From: the human T2T-CHM13v2.0 reference genome, Homo sapiens
Strand: one strand, 5' to 3'
Assembly (NCBI RefSeq): GCF_009914755.1
Contig: NC_060937.1
DNA: 64,000 bases
Both the position numbers and the translations under genes were made by a program. Under the pieces are notes generated by a model that was not told where the DNA came from, did not search any database, and saw only the letters and a list, made by a program, of their open reading frames with translations. Below, piece by piece: positions 1 through 14,282 of the stretch (positions are counted from its first letter, which is position 1; each line of letters starts with the position of its first letter).

Positions 1-300
1 AAACAATGGACACAGACTAACCCTCCGGAGGTACCCTCAAGTTGACATGAGATTGTCCTAAATATGTCAGAAGTGGTCAGGCCTTTGTGTCATCTGCTTC
101 TCAGCTTTCCCCAGTGACCAGGTATAGAGTGTAGGCTGTCCCCAGGTTTGGGCCAGAAACTTGGGTGAAGCAGTTGCCTTTACCTCAGGGCGATTCCCTA
201 GAAGTGACTGAGCTGTGAGCTGTCAGCAGCCTGGGAAGTGAATGCCGGAGTCCTCTTTGGGGGATCTGGGTAGTGCTTGCAACACTGTGGGCAAAGAGCA
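1..300 (-). mobile_element. Ancient ERVL-type LTR fragment (LTR33/LTR41-like)
   Basis: Motifs ggctgtcccc..cttgggtgaagcag..agggcgattccc..tgagctgtcagcagcc resemble a recalled LTR33-group consensus; boundaries approximate. Confidence 0.35.
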
Positions 301-1035
301 TCTGCAGGACATTCAGGGAATTTAGGAAGAGGTATGAGACGACACCACAGAGAACTCCAGGTACATCAGAGCTTAACAGTCTCACTAGCTCCAGAACAGA
401 TGTCTGAATGAAGATTCAAGTTCTCAAACAGGCAGCAAGAAACTGTTTTAAAATATTTAAACAAGAAAAAGGGAGGGAAGCTAAACAAGGTAACCTTTTT
501 CACCATGTGGAAACTGACATATTCCAACACCACATGCTGTTGAAATACAAGAGACTACTTAGAATAACAAAAGCAAGTTCTATCACAACTTCAGATGAGA
601 AAGTCTGGGATTGCCTTGATGCAGCTGTGTTGTAGTATGTACAGGATGTGGAAGAGAGTTTTTCCTAATTCCCAAAATTTGAAGCCAGCTACCCCAAGCT
701 GAGACCAAGAAAACAACACATAACACACAACTAGAGATGGACACCCACCACGGAAGACTCTCAAAGTTCACTGCCCATCCCTCTCTTAGTCTATAAATGC
801 AAACCTGAGAATCAAAGAAATCACTGGAGGATACAAGTCAATGGAAATGCAGTATTCATTATGAGTTTTCCCCACCCTTCCCTGGGATCCCTATCTCAAG
901 TCAAGCAAGCAACTGGCCAAGAGAATCATTCTACTTGGCCACCAGAAGTGATACTAGCATTTTATTCTCTCACTGGGCAGTGGCCTTGCTGATCTCTCTG
1001 TGTGTCTATTTGAGAAAAATGCAAGAGCATGGGGA

Positions 1036-1198
1036 CAGGGTTGCCAGATAAATTATACGATGTATGGAACTTACTTATACTAAAAAATATGCATTGTTTA
1101 TCTGAAATTCAAGTTTAACTGGACATCAATCACTTCTTGGCCCTTTGGCTAAGATCTAGTGCAAATTCAGCTGGGTGTCCTGTGTTTTATTTGCTCAA
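1036..1198 (+). mobile_element. MER53 hAT MITE, internally deleted and interrupted by a U2 fragment
   Basis: Starts with TIR cagggttgccagataaa; contains cttatactaaaaaa..ttgtttatctgaaattcaa; resumes as ctgggtgtcctgtgttttatttgct after the insert. Confidence 0.75.
1129..1162 (+). pseudogene. 3'-truncated U2 snRNA retro-fragment (first ~35 nt)
   Basis: atcacttcttggccctttggctaagatctagtgca vs U2 5' end ATCGCTTCTCGGCCTTTTGGCTAAGATCAAGTGTA (5 substitutions in 35 nt); flanked by degenerate 17-nt duplication 1111-1127 / 1163-1179. Confidence 0.8.
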
Positions 1199-1755
1199 CC
1201 CAGCCATTGGAATTGGGAGGAACAGCAAAGCAGAAAGAGCTGGAGGCAGATGAACAGCGGAAAATGGACAAAATTGAAGGTAGCTGGACTTGAGCCAGCT
1301 TGCAGATGCCCACGCAAGATCCTGCTGGCAGGTGGATCCCAACAATGAGAACCTGTAGAGTGGATTGTCTGGGATGGAGACTCTATAGAGGAATCAGAAA
1401 AGATCAGGAACCTGCGGGGAAGCTCCAAAGCGTTCTACAAAGAACCCACTCACACATATGTCCTGAAAGAGGGGAATGCTTGTCCAAGAGACATTTACTC
1501 AAAGCCAGAGAAGCAAAGTAACAGCAGAAAAATGATGAAGATGTCAGACAAGAAACACTGTGTCTTTCCATATCCCTCCACAGCTCCTACCAAAGGAGAC
1601 AGAAACCCAAAAGAGCAGAGGTGGAGGAAGAAATGAAAGGGCAGGTTCTGCAAGTCTCCTGACCACAGACAGAAAGGGGAAAGGAGGATGATAGAAAATA
1701 ATCATTAAATTGGATGTCCAGTTGAAATTTTAAGCTGGGTCAGTACATTCATTAT

Positions 1756-2175
1756 TGATATAGGTTGGATGTTTGTCCCTTCCAAATCTCATGTTGAAAT
1801 GTGATTCCCAGTGTTGGAGGTAGGGCCTGGTGGGAGGTGACTGGATCATAGGGGTGGATCCCTCATGAATAGTTTAGCTCCATCCCCTTGGGGATAAGTA
1901 AGTTCTTGCTGTTAGTTCTAGAAAGATCTAGTTGTCTAAAAGTCTGGGACCTCTCCTTTCTCTCCCTCTTGTTCCCTCTGTCACTATATGACATACTGGT
2001 TCCCCTTCTCCTTCCACCATAATTGGAAGCTTCCTGAGGTTATCACCAGGAGCAGATGCTGGCACCACACTTCCTGTACAGCCTGCAGAACCATGATCCA
2101 AAACAAACTCTTCTTTCTTATAAATTACCCAGCCTCAGGTATTTCTTTATAGCAATACCAGAATGGACTAACACA
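1756..2175 (+). mobile_element. MST-family MaLR solo LTR (MSTB-like)
   Basis: tgatataggttggatgtttgtccc..caaatctcatgttgaaatgtga start; taaattacccagcctcaggtatttctttatagca..ggactaacaca end. Confidence 0.8.
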
Positions 2176-2194
2176 GTTTGGTCTCTTATAAGAG

Positions 2195-2480
2195 ATGTAG
2201 TGGCTTAAAACCACACACATTTACTCTGTTTCTATGGGTCAGGAATCTGGGTACAACTTAGCTGGGTGTTCTGCTTCAGGCTGCAATCAGGATGCTAGCT
2301 GGGGTTACAGTAATCTCAGGGCTCCACTGGGAAGAATCCACTTCCAAGCTCATTCATGTGGTTGTTGGCAGGATTCCATTACTTATGAGCTCTTAGACTG
2401 AGGGCCTCAGTATCTCCCTTCCTGTTGGCCAGAGGTGACCCTGAGTTCCCTGCCATATGGGCCTCTCCAACATGAGGGTC
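2195..2480 (-). mobile_element. MLT1-family MaLR LTR fragment
   Basis: gtggcttaaaac..gggtcaggaatctggg..ttagctggg..cttccaagctcattcatgtggttgttggcaggattc typical of reverse-strand MLT1E/F. Confidence 0.65.
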
Positions 2481-2767
2481 ATTCCAGAAGCTGCCTCCCA
2501 CAGACTGCATTAACAGAATAACTGAAAGTGATCTGAGGGCTATGGTGCTACCCAAAATGTCATTTATGGCTGGAGAAAGAAGCCTGAACAAAGCACAGGT
2601 GAAAAAGGCATTGGAGAAAAACATTCAAACATTTACATTTATATCCATCAAGTTCAAACAGTTCTATAAATTGGATAAAAGCATTTACCTTCTTAAAGGA
2701 GGCATCAATTGAGTAGTAAGGAAGGGAGACAGTGTGGTCATAGAGGGATCTCCTGAACTCATTCTTT

Positions 2768-3680
2768 TTTTTTTTTAACTTTTTTTTAAATTATACTTTA
2801 GGTTTTGGGATTCATGTGCAGAACGTGCAGGTTTGTTACATAGGTATACACGTGCCATGGCAGTTTGCTGCACCCATCAACCCGTCATCTACATTAGGTA
2901 TTTCTCCTAATGCTACCCCTCCCCTAGCCACCCCCACCCAACCCGTGTGTGATGTTCCCCTCCCTGTGTCCATGTGTTCTCATTGTTCAACTCTTACTTA
3001 TGAGTGAGAACAGGTGGTGTTTGGTTTTCTGTTCTTGCATTAGTTTGCTGAGAATGATGGTTCCCAGCTTCATCCATATCCCTGCAAAGGACATGAACTC
3101 ATTCTTTTTTATGGCTGCATAGTACTCCATGGTGTATATGTGCCACATTTTCTTTATCCAGTCTATCATTGATGGACATTTGGGTTGGTTCCAAATCTTT
3201 GCTGTTGTGAACAATGCTGCAATAAACATACGTGTGCATGTGTCTTTATAGTAGAATGATTTATAATCCTTTGGGTATATATCCAGTAATGGGATTGTTG
3301 GGCCAAATGGTATTTCTGGTTCTAGATCCTTGAGGAATCACCACACTGTCTTCCACAATTGTCAAACTAATTTACACCGACAACAAAAAAAGAAAAATTC
3401 AGGCCAATATCCCTGATGAGCATTGATGTGAAAATCCTCAATAAAATACTGGCAAACCAAATCCAGCAGCACATCAAAAAGCTTATCCACCACAATCAAG
3501 TCAGCTTCATCCCTGGGATGCAAGGCTGGTTCAACATACACAAATCAATAAACATAATCCATCACATAAACAGAACCAATGACAAAAACCACACAATTAC
3601 CTCAATAGATGCAGAAAAGGCCTTCGATAAAATTCAACACCCCTTCATACTAAAAACTCTCAATAAAGTAGGTATTGATG
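2768..3680 (-). mobile_element. 5'-truncated, 5'-inverted L1PA7-like insertion (3' end on minus 2768-3377; inverted ORF2 RT piece on plus 3378-3680)
   Basis: Poly(T) plus L1 3'UTR and ORF2 C-terminus on minus (ORF 2987..3229); RT peptide [20 protein letters not shown] on plus (ORF 3416..3757); 13-bp TSD gaactcattcttt at 2755-2767 and 3681-3693. Confidence 0.92.
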
Positions 3681-3891
3681 GAACTCATTCTTTGGAGACC
3701 ATGAGAACCAGATTTGAAGCCAAGCCTCACCACAGCAAGTACCCTTGGGTTAATTAACACCTTTGAAATGCAATCTTCTTCTCAGTGATCAGGATTGGAT
3801 GAGCATAGTAGATGATGTATATGTTTGTGTGGGGTGTTTAGCTTATACATAGTGGCTATTAATATCATTATCCTTATGTAGTCCTCTAAAG

Positions 3892-4225
3892 CAGTGGTCC
3901 CCAAACTTTTTGGCATCAGGGACTGGTTTCATGGAAGATAATTTTTCTATGGACTGTGGTGGTCGTTAGGTTCAGGATGAAACTATTCTACCTCAGATCA
4001 TCAGACATTAGATTCTCATAAGGAACACAAAACCTAGATCCCTCACATGCGCAGTTCACAGCAGGGTTCACACTCCTATGAGAATATAATGCTGCAGCTG
4101 ATCTGACAGGAGGCAGAGCTCAGGCAGTAATGCTCGCTCACCCACCACTCACTCCTTCTGTGTGGCCCAGTTCCTAACAGGCCACAGACAGTACTGGTCC
4201 ATGGCCTGGGGGTTGGGGACCCTTG
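3892..4225 (+). mobile_element. MER1B hAT-Charlie DNA transposon
   Basis: TIRs cagtggtccccaa / ttggggacccttg; 8-bp TSD ctctaaag / ctctacag; internal ttagattctcataagga. Confidence 0.88.
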
Positions 4226-4740
4226 CTCTACAGTTCATCTATGCAACATTAGTGACTGACAGAACCCAAAGGCAATTGTCCTTATTTTTATTTTAAAGAA
4301 CAAACATGGCAGAAGTCACAACAGTCATTTATACATATGTAAGTACAGATTTTTAGATTGTACCTGAATTTTGTCTAGGTAAGTAATTTTGATAAACTAA
4401 CTCTCTGCTCAGTGACCTGAACTTTCAGACAGAAAGTGAAAAAGCAGTCTGCTGACATCTAGGCAGAGAGCTCTGCATGAAATGAAATATCACTTGTGTA
4501 TATCCTCCCATAAAGCATCACAGGGTCAAGGTGCCAGGAGAGAAACCAACACAGTCATGAACAAGTAGAGTTTCTTCACTCACCAGCAAGAGCCTCTCCC
4601 TTGAAGCAACATTGCAACACTCTTTGCACCATAGTTCAGAGAAAAAGAAAAAATACAAAAGGGCTTTTATAAAAAAGATTTATTTTACCTCCTAAACAGG
4701 AGACTTTGGGGCTCATACCAGCAGCTTCCTCCTCCTCTTG

Positions 4741-4800
4741 CATCATCATCACCACGACCATCACCACTACCACCATCACCACTACCACCATCACCACTAT
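4741..4800 (+). repeat. (CAC/CAT)n imperfect trinucleotide repeat
   Basis: catcatcatcaccacgaccatcaccactaccaccatcacc... Confidence 0.9.
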
Positions 4801-4820
4801 TAGTTACTGAGGTTTCCCCT

Positions 4821-5360
4821 TGTATATTATTTATCTACTGCTTATACAGACTATGCTAAAACCTAGCAGCTTAACAGTTTAAAACAACAGATGTTTATCA
4901 TCTCACATAGTTTCTGAGAGTTAGGAATTTTGAAGTCATTTATGAGGTTCTTCTGGTTCAGGGGCTATCATGAGGTTGCAGTCAATCTGTCCATAGGGTA
5001 GGGGGGACAGGCTACAGCAATCCGAAAGCTCAACTGAGACTGGAGGATTCACTTTCAAGTTTAGATATGTGATTGTTGATTGGAGACTTCAGTTCTTCAT
5101 CATGTAGGCCTCTTCACAGAGCAATATGGAAACTGGCTTTCCTCAAAGCGAATAATTCTAGAGAAAGTGAACAAGGCAGAAGTAACAGTGCCTTTCCATG
5201 ACCTATTCTCCAAAGTGTTCGCCATCACTTCCACTTCTATCTGTTTCTTAAAGGCGGGTCACTAAATCCAGCTCACACTCAAGGGGAGAGGAATTAGGCT
5301 TTAACTCTTGAAAGAAGAAGTATCAGAGAATTTTTGTATATATTTTTATAATTCCATGTT
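4821..5360 (-). mobile_element. MLT1-family MaLR LTR (MLT1G/H-like)
   Basis: aaaacaacagatgtttatcatctcacatagtttctg..tcatgaggttgcagtca..gtcactaaatccagctcacactcaagggga. Confidence 0.65.
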
Positions 5361-5785
5361 ATTTGGACTATGGTAAACATGATACATATATTTCCTAATG
5401 CAAAAGAAGTTGTTTTGTTCATGCAACAAACATGTTGGATGCCTCTGTTCATGCAATAAACTTTTACTGTAGTCTTTACCTCCCCAGGAGTGAGTTCTAA
5501 GTGCCTGCTCTGTACAGGAGTTTTAACCCTTGATGGTTCTTTTAACTAGCCTATTATTTTCCTTATGGTACCTGTGAGGGTCTCTTCCTACAGACTTGCA
5601 ATAGCATCTTCTTGCTTTTGTCCACAAAAACATCCCCACACTTAAATTTCTTTCAAGCCAACTTAACTCATTATAAACTAGTACTTTAAGTCTGCACTTA
5701 CATATAACATTTATAATTTAACCACTGTCTGCAGCAGAGATATAATACAACATACATAGTGGCTATTATTATCATTATCTTTATG

Positions 5786-5961
5786 CAAGTTGGTATCTTC
5801 TCAAAAATTTAAACACAGAGTTTCCATATGAACCTGAAATTCCACTCCTAGGCATATAACCAAGAGAAATACATATGTATATTCACACAAAAATCTGTAA
5901 ATGAATGTTTATAGCACACTATTTACAATAAACAGAAAAGTGAAAACAAATTAAATGTCTA
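5786..5961 (+). mobile_element. L1MB-type LINE, fragment 1 (host of the nest)
   Basis: aattccactcctaggcatataaccaagagaaat..cacacaaaaatctgtaaatgaatgtttatagca; continues at 14213 and 16568. Confidence 0.7.
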
Positions 5962-6209
5962 TCAGCTTAAGGAAGAAGACAAAGATGGCCACTCTTACCA
6001 CTTCTATTCAACATAGAACTGGAAGTCCTAGCCAGAAAAATTAGGCAAGAAAAAAAAATACAATGGATCCAAATAGGAAAGGAAGAAGTAAAATTATCTG
6101 TTTGCAGATGATATGGTGTTATATATAGAAAGCCCTAAAGAGTATATCAAAAAACTGTTAGAACTAATAAATGAATTCAGTAATGTCACAAAATACAAAA
6201 TCAACATAC
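5962..6209 (+). mobile_element. L1MA-type LINE ORF2 fragment (left part)
   Basis: Diverged RT-coding sequence ctattcaacatagaactggaagtcctagccaga..tttgcagatgatatg; continues at 12257 after the L1PA2. Confidence 0.85.
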
Positions 6210-6224
6210 AAAAAATTAGTAGTG

Positions 6225-7126
6225 GGGAGGAGCCAAGATGGCCGAATAGGAACAGCTCCAGTCTACAGCTCCCAGCGTGAGCGACGCAGAAGACGGGTGA
6301 TATCTGCATTTCCATCTGAGGTACCGGGTTCATCTCACTAGGGAGTGCCAGACAGTGGGCGCAGGTCAGTGGGTGCGCGCACCGTGCGTGAGCCAAAGCA
6401 GGGCGAGGCATTGCCTCACTTCGGAAGCGCAAGGGGTCAGGGAGTTCCCATTCCGAGTCAAAGAAAGGGGTGGCGGACGCAACTGGAAAATCGGGTCACT
6501 CCCACCCGAATATTGCGCTTTTCGGACCGGCTTAAAAAATGGTGCACCATGAGATTATATCCCGCACCTGGCTCAGAGGGTCCTATGCCCACGGAGTCTC
6601 GCTGATTGCTAGCACAGCAGTCTGAGATCAAACTGCAAGGCGGCAGCGAGGCTGGGGGAGGGGCGCCCGCCATTGCCCAGGCTTGCTTAGGTAAACAGAG
6701 CAGCCAGGAAGCTCGAACTGGGTGGAGCCCACCACAGCTCAAGGAGGCCTGCCTGCCTCTATAGGCTCCACCTCTGGGGGCAGGGCACAGACAAACAAAA
6801 AGACAGCAGTAACCTCTGCAGACTTAAATGTCCCTGTCTCACAGCTTTGAAGAGAGCAGTGGTTCTCCCAGCACGCAGCTGGTGATCTGAGAACGGGCAG
6901 ACTGCCTCCTCAAGTGGGTTCCTGAACCCTGACCCCCGAGCAGCCTAACTGGGAGGCACCCCCCAGCAGGGGCACACTGACACCTCACACGGCAGGGTAT
7001 TCCAAGACCTGCAGCTGAGGGTCCTGTCTGTTAGAAGGAAAACTAACAAACAGAAAGGACATCCACACCAAAAACCCATCTGTACATCACCATCATCAAA
7101 GACCAAAAGTAGATAAAACCACAAAG
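6225..7126. promoter_or_regulatory. L1 5'UTR internal sense promoter and antisense promoter, CpG-rich
   Basis: Intact YY1 site caagatggcc at 6234-6243; many retained CpGs. Confidence 0.75.
6458..6673 (-). CDS. ORF0: L1 antisense ORF0, intact 71 aa
   Basis: MAGAPPPASLPPCSLISDCCASNQRDSVG..SRSEKRNIRVGVTRFSSCVRHPFL; ATG is the cat at 6671-6673; 216 nt including stop. Confidence 0.75.
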   Translation of the reverse strand: MAGAPPPASLPPCSLISDCCASNQRDSVGIGPSEPGAGYNLMVHHFLSRSEKRNIRVGVTRFSSCVRHPFL

Positions 7127-8144
7127 ATGGGGAAAAAACAGAACAGAAAAACTGGAAAACTCTAAAACGCAGAGCGCCTCTCCTCCTCCAAAGGAACACA
7201 GTTCCTCACCAGCAACGGAACAAAGTTGGACGGAGAATAACTTTAACGAGCTGAGAGAAGAAGGTTTCAGACGATCAAATTACTCTGAGCTACAGGAGGA
7301 CATTCAAACCAAAGGCAAAGAAGTTGAAAACTTTGAAAAAAATTTAGAAGAATATATAACTAGAATAACCAATACAGAGAAGTGCTTAAAGGAGCTGATG
7401 GAGCTGAAAACCAAGGCTCGAGAACTACGTGAAGAATGCAGAAGCCTCAGGAGCCGATGCGATCAACTGGAAGAAAGGATATCAGCAATGGAAGATGAAA
7501 TGAATGAAATGAAGTGAGAAGGGAAGTTTAGAGAAAAAAGAATAAAAAGAAATGAGCAAAGCCTCCAAGAAATATGGGACTATGTGAAAAGACCAAATCT
7601 ATGTCTGATTGGTGTACCTGAAAGTGATGGGGAGAATGGAACCAAGTTGGAAAACACTCTGCAGGATATTATCCAGGAGAACTTTCCCAATCTAGCAAGG
7701 CAGGCCAACGTTCAGATTCAGGAAATACAGAGAATGCCACAAAGATACTCCTCGAGAAGAGCAATTCCAAGACACATAATTGTCAGATTCACTAAAGTTG
7801 AAATGAAGGAAAAAATGTTAAGGGCAGCCAGAGAGAAAGGTCGGGTTACCCTCAAAGGGAAGCCCATCAGACTAACAGCGGATCTCTCGGCAGAAACCCT
7901 ACAAGCCAGAAGAGAGTGGGGGCCAATATTCAACATTCTTAAAGAAAAGAATTTTCAACCCAGAATTTCATATACAGCCAAACTAAGCTTCATAAGTGAA
8001 GGAGAAATAAAATACTTTACAGACAAGCAAATGCTGAGAGATTTTGTCACCACCAGGCCTGCCCTAAAAGAGCTCCTGAAGGAAGCGCTAAACATGGAAA
8101 GGAACAACCGGTACCAGCCGCTGCAAACTCATGCCAAAATGTAA
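7127..8144 (+). pseudogene. L1 ORF1p, disrupted
   Basis: ATG at 7127; extra A near 7156-7159 causes a frameshift; in-frame TGA at 7515-7517; C-terminal 186 aa open (7584..8144). Confidence 0.9.
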
Positions 8145-8207
8145 AGACCATCGAGACTAGGAAGAAACTGCATCAACTAACGAGCAAAATAACCAGCTAA
8201 CATCATA

Positions 8208-12112
<3,905 letters not shown>

Positions 12113-12256
12113 TAGCATTGGGAGATATACCTAATGCTAGATGACGAGTTAGTGGGTGCAGCACACCAGCATGGCACATGTATACATATGTAACTAACCT
12201 GCACAATGTGCACATGTACCCTAAAACTTAAAGTATAATAAAAAAAATTAGTAGTG

Positions 12257-14211
12257 TTTTTATACACTAACAACGAACTATACAAATGAGAAATTAAGAA
12301 AACAGTCTCATTTAAATCAATATCAAGAAAAAAATTTAGGAATAAATTTAATGAGGTAAACGATCTGTATACTAAAAACTATAAAATGTTGATGAAAGAA
12401 ATTGAAGAATAAATAAATAATTGGAAAGATATCATGTGTTCATGGATTGGAAAAATTAAAATTGTTAAATTGTCCATACTACCCAAAGTTATCTACAGAT
12501 TCAATGCAATCCCTATCAAAATGGCAATGGCATTTTTCACAGAAACAAACAATTCTAAAATTTGTATGGAATCACAAAAGATTCTGAAGAGCCAAAGCAA
12601 TCTCAAGCAGAAAGAACAAAGCTGGAGGCATCAAAGTATCCAATTTCAATATATACTACAAAGCTATGGTAATCAAAACATCATAGAACTGGCACGAAAG
12701 CAGACATATTAACCAATGGAACTGAACAGAAAGCTCAAGAATAAATCCATGCATTTAAGGTCAATTGATCTTTAACAAAGGTGCCAAGAGTTCATAATAC
12801 AGAAAGGACACCCTCCTCAATAAATGACGTTGGGAAAACTGAAAATCTACATGGAGAAGAATGAAATGGGACCCTTACCTCAAACCATATAAAATATCAA
12901 CTCAAAAGTGAATTAAAGACTTCGATGTAAGACCTGAAACAGTAACACTACCAGAAGAGAACATAGGGGAAAAGCTCCACGGCATTAGTCTGGGCAATGA
13001 TTTCATGGATATAACCCCAAAAGCACAGGCAATAAAAGCAAACATAGACAAATGGGATTATATCAAATTAAAAGGCTTCTGCACAGAAAAAGAAAACCAA
13101 GAGACAACATACAGGGTGGGAGAAAACGTTTGCAAACTACATACCTGATAAGGGGTTAATATCCAAACTACACAAGGAATGCAAGCAACTCAATAGAAAG
13201 AAAACAAATAACCCAATTTAAAAATGGGCTGAGGACCTGAATAGACATTTCTCAAAAGAAGACATACAAATGACAAACAGGCATATGTAGAAATGCTCAT
13301 CATGACTAATTATCAGGGAAATGCAAATTAAAACCACAATGAGCTATCACCTCCCACCTGTAGAATGACTATTATCAAAAAGATAAGAAGTGTTGGTGAG
13401 GGTGTGGAGAAAGGGAACCTTTGCACACTATTGGTGGGAATGTAAATTAGTAGAGCCATTACTGAAAACTGTATGGGCATTCCAAAAAAATTAAAACTAG
13501 AACTACCATATGATCCAGCAATCCCACTGCTGTATACACACCCAAAGGAAATGAAATCAGCATGTTGAAGAAATATCTGCACTCCCATGTTCATCACATT
13601 ACTCACCATAGCCAAGACATTAAATCGACCTAAGTGTCCATCAACAGGTGAACATATAAAGAAAATGTGATGTATATATAACATATATATAATATATACA
13701 GATATAGGAATATTATTCATCCTTTAAAAAGAAGGAAATCTTGTCATTGTAACAGCATGGATGAACCTGGAGGACATCATGCTAAGTGAAATAAGCAAGA
13801 CACAGAAAGACAAATACCTCATGATCTCACTTACATGTAGAATCTAAAAAAAAACTGAACTCCTAGAAGCAGAGAATAGAATGATAGTTGCCAGGGTCAG
13901 GGGGTGAAGGATAGTGGGAAACAGGAAAATATCAGTCAATGGGTACAAAGTTTCACTTAGGATAGTTCCACAGATCTATTATACAGCTTGGTAACTACAG
14001 CTAATATTAATATATTGTATGCTTGAAAATTGCTGAAAGTAGATCTTAAATATTCTCACCACAAAAAAAAATTTTGTGACATGATTGATATGTTAATTTG
14101 CTTGTTTAAACCATGTCACTATGCATACATATATCAAATTACATTGTATGTGATAAATACTGCATATATCATTTTTATTTGTCAATTACACCTAAATAGA
14201 GCCAGGAAAAA
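12257..14211 (+). mobile_element. L1MA-type LINE (L1MA8/9-like), ORF2 3' part and 3'UTR
   Basis: Collinear continuation of 5962-6209; peptide [14 protein letters not shown]; 3' end gtagatcttaaatattctcaccac..tgtcaattacacctaaata; degenerate TSD aaa(t/g)taaatgtcta at 5948-5961 and 14209-14222. Confidence 0.85.
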
Positions 14212-14282
14212 GTAAATGTCTAAAAACAGATGAATAGATCAACAAAATGTAGTATACGCCTCAACAAAATGTAGTACATGCA

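Noticed and set aside
14239-14280. Short direct repeat tcaacaaaatgtagta next to the THE1A (similar ones at 5417-5461, 24208-24245, 30136-30171)
   Set aside because: Ordinary small slippage duplications; not CRISPR-like, since there are only two copies and no spacer array.
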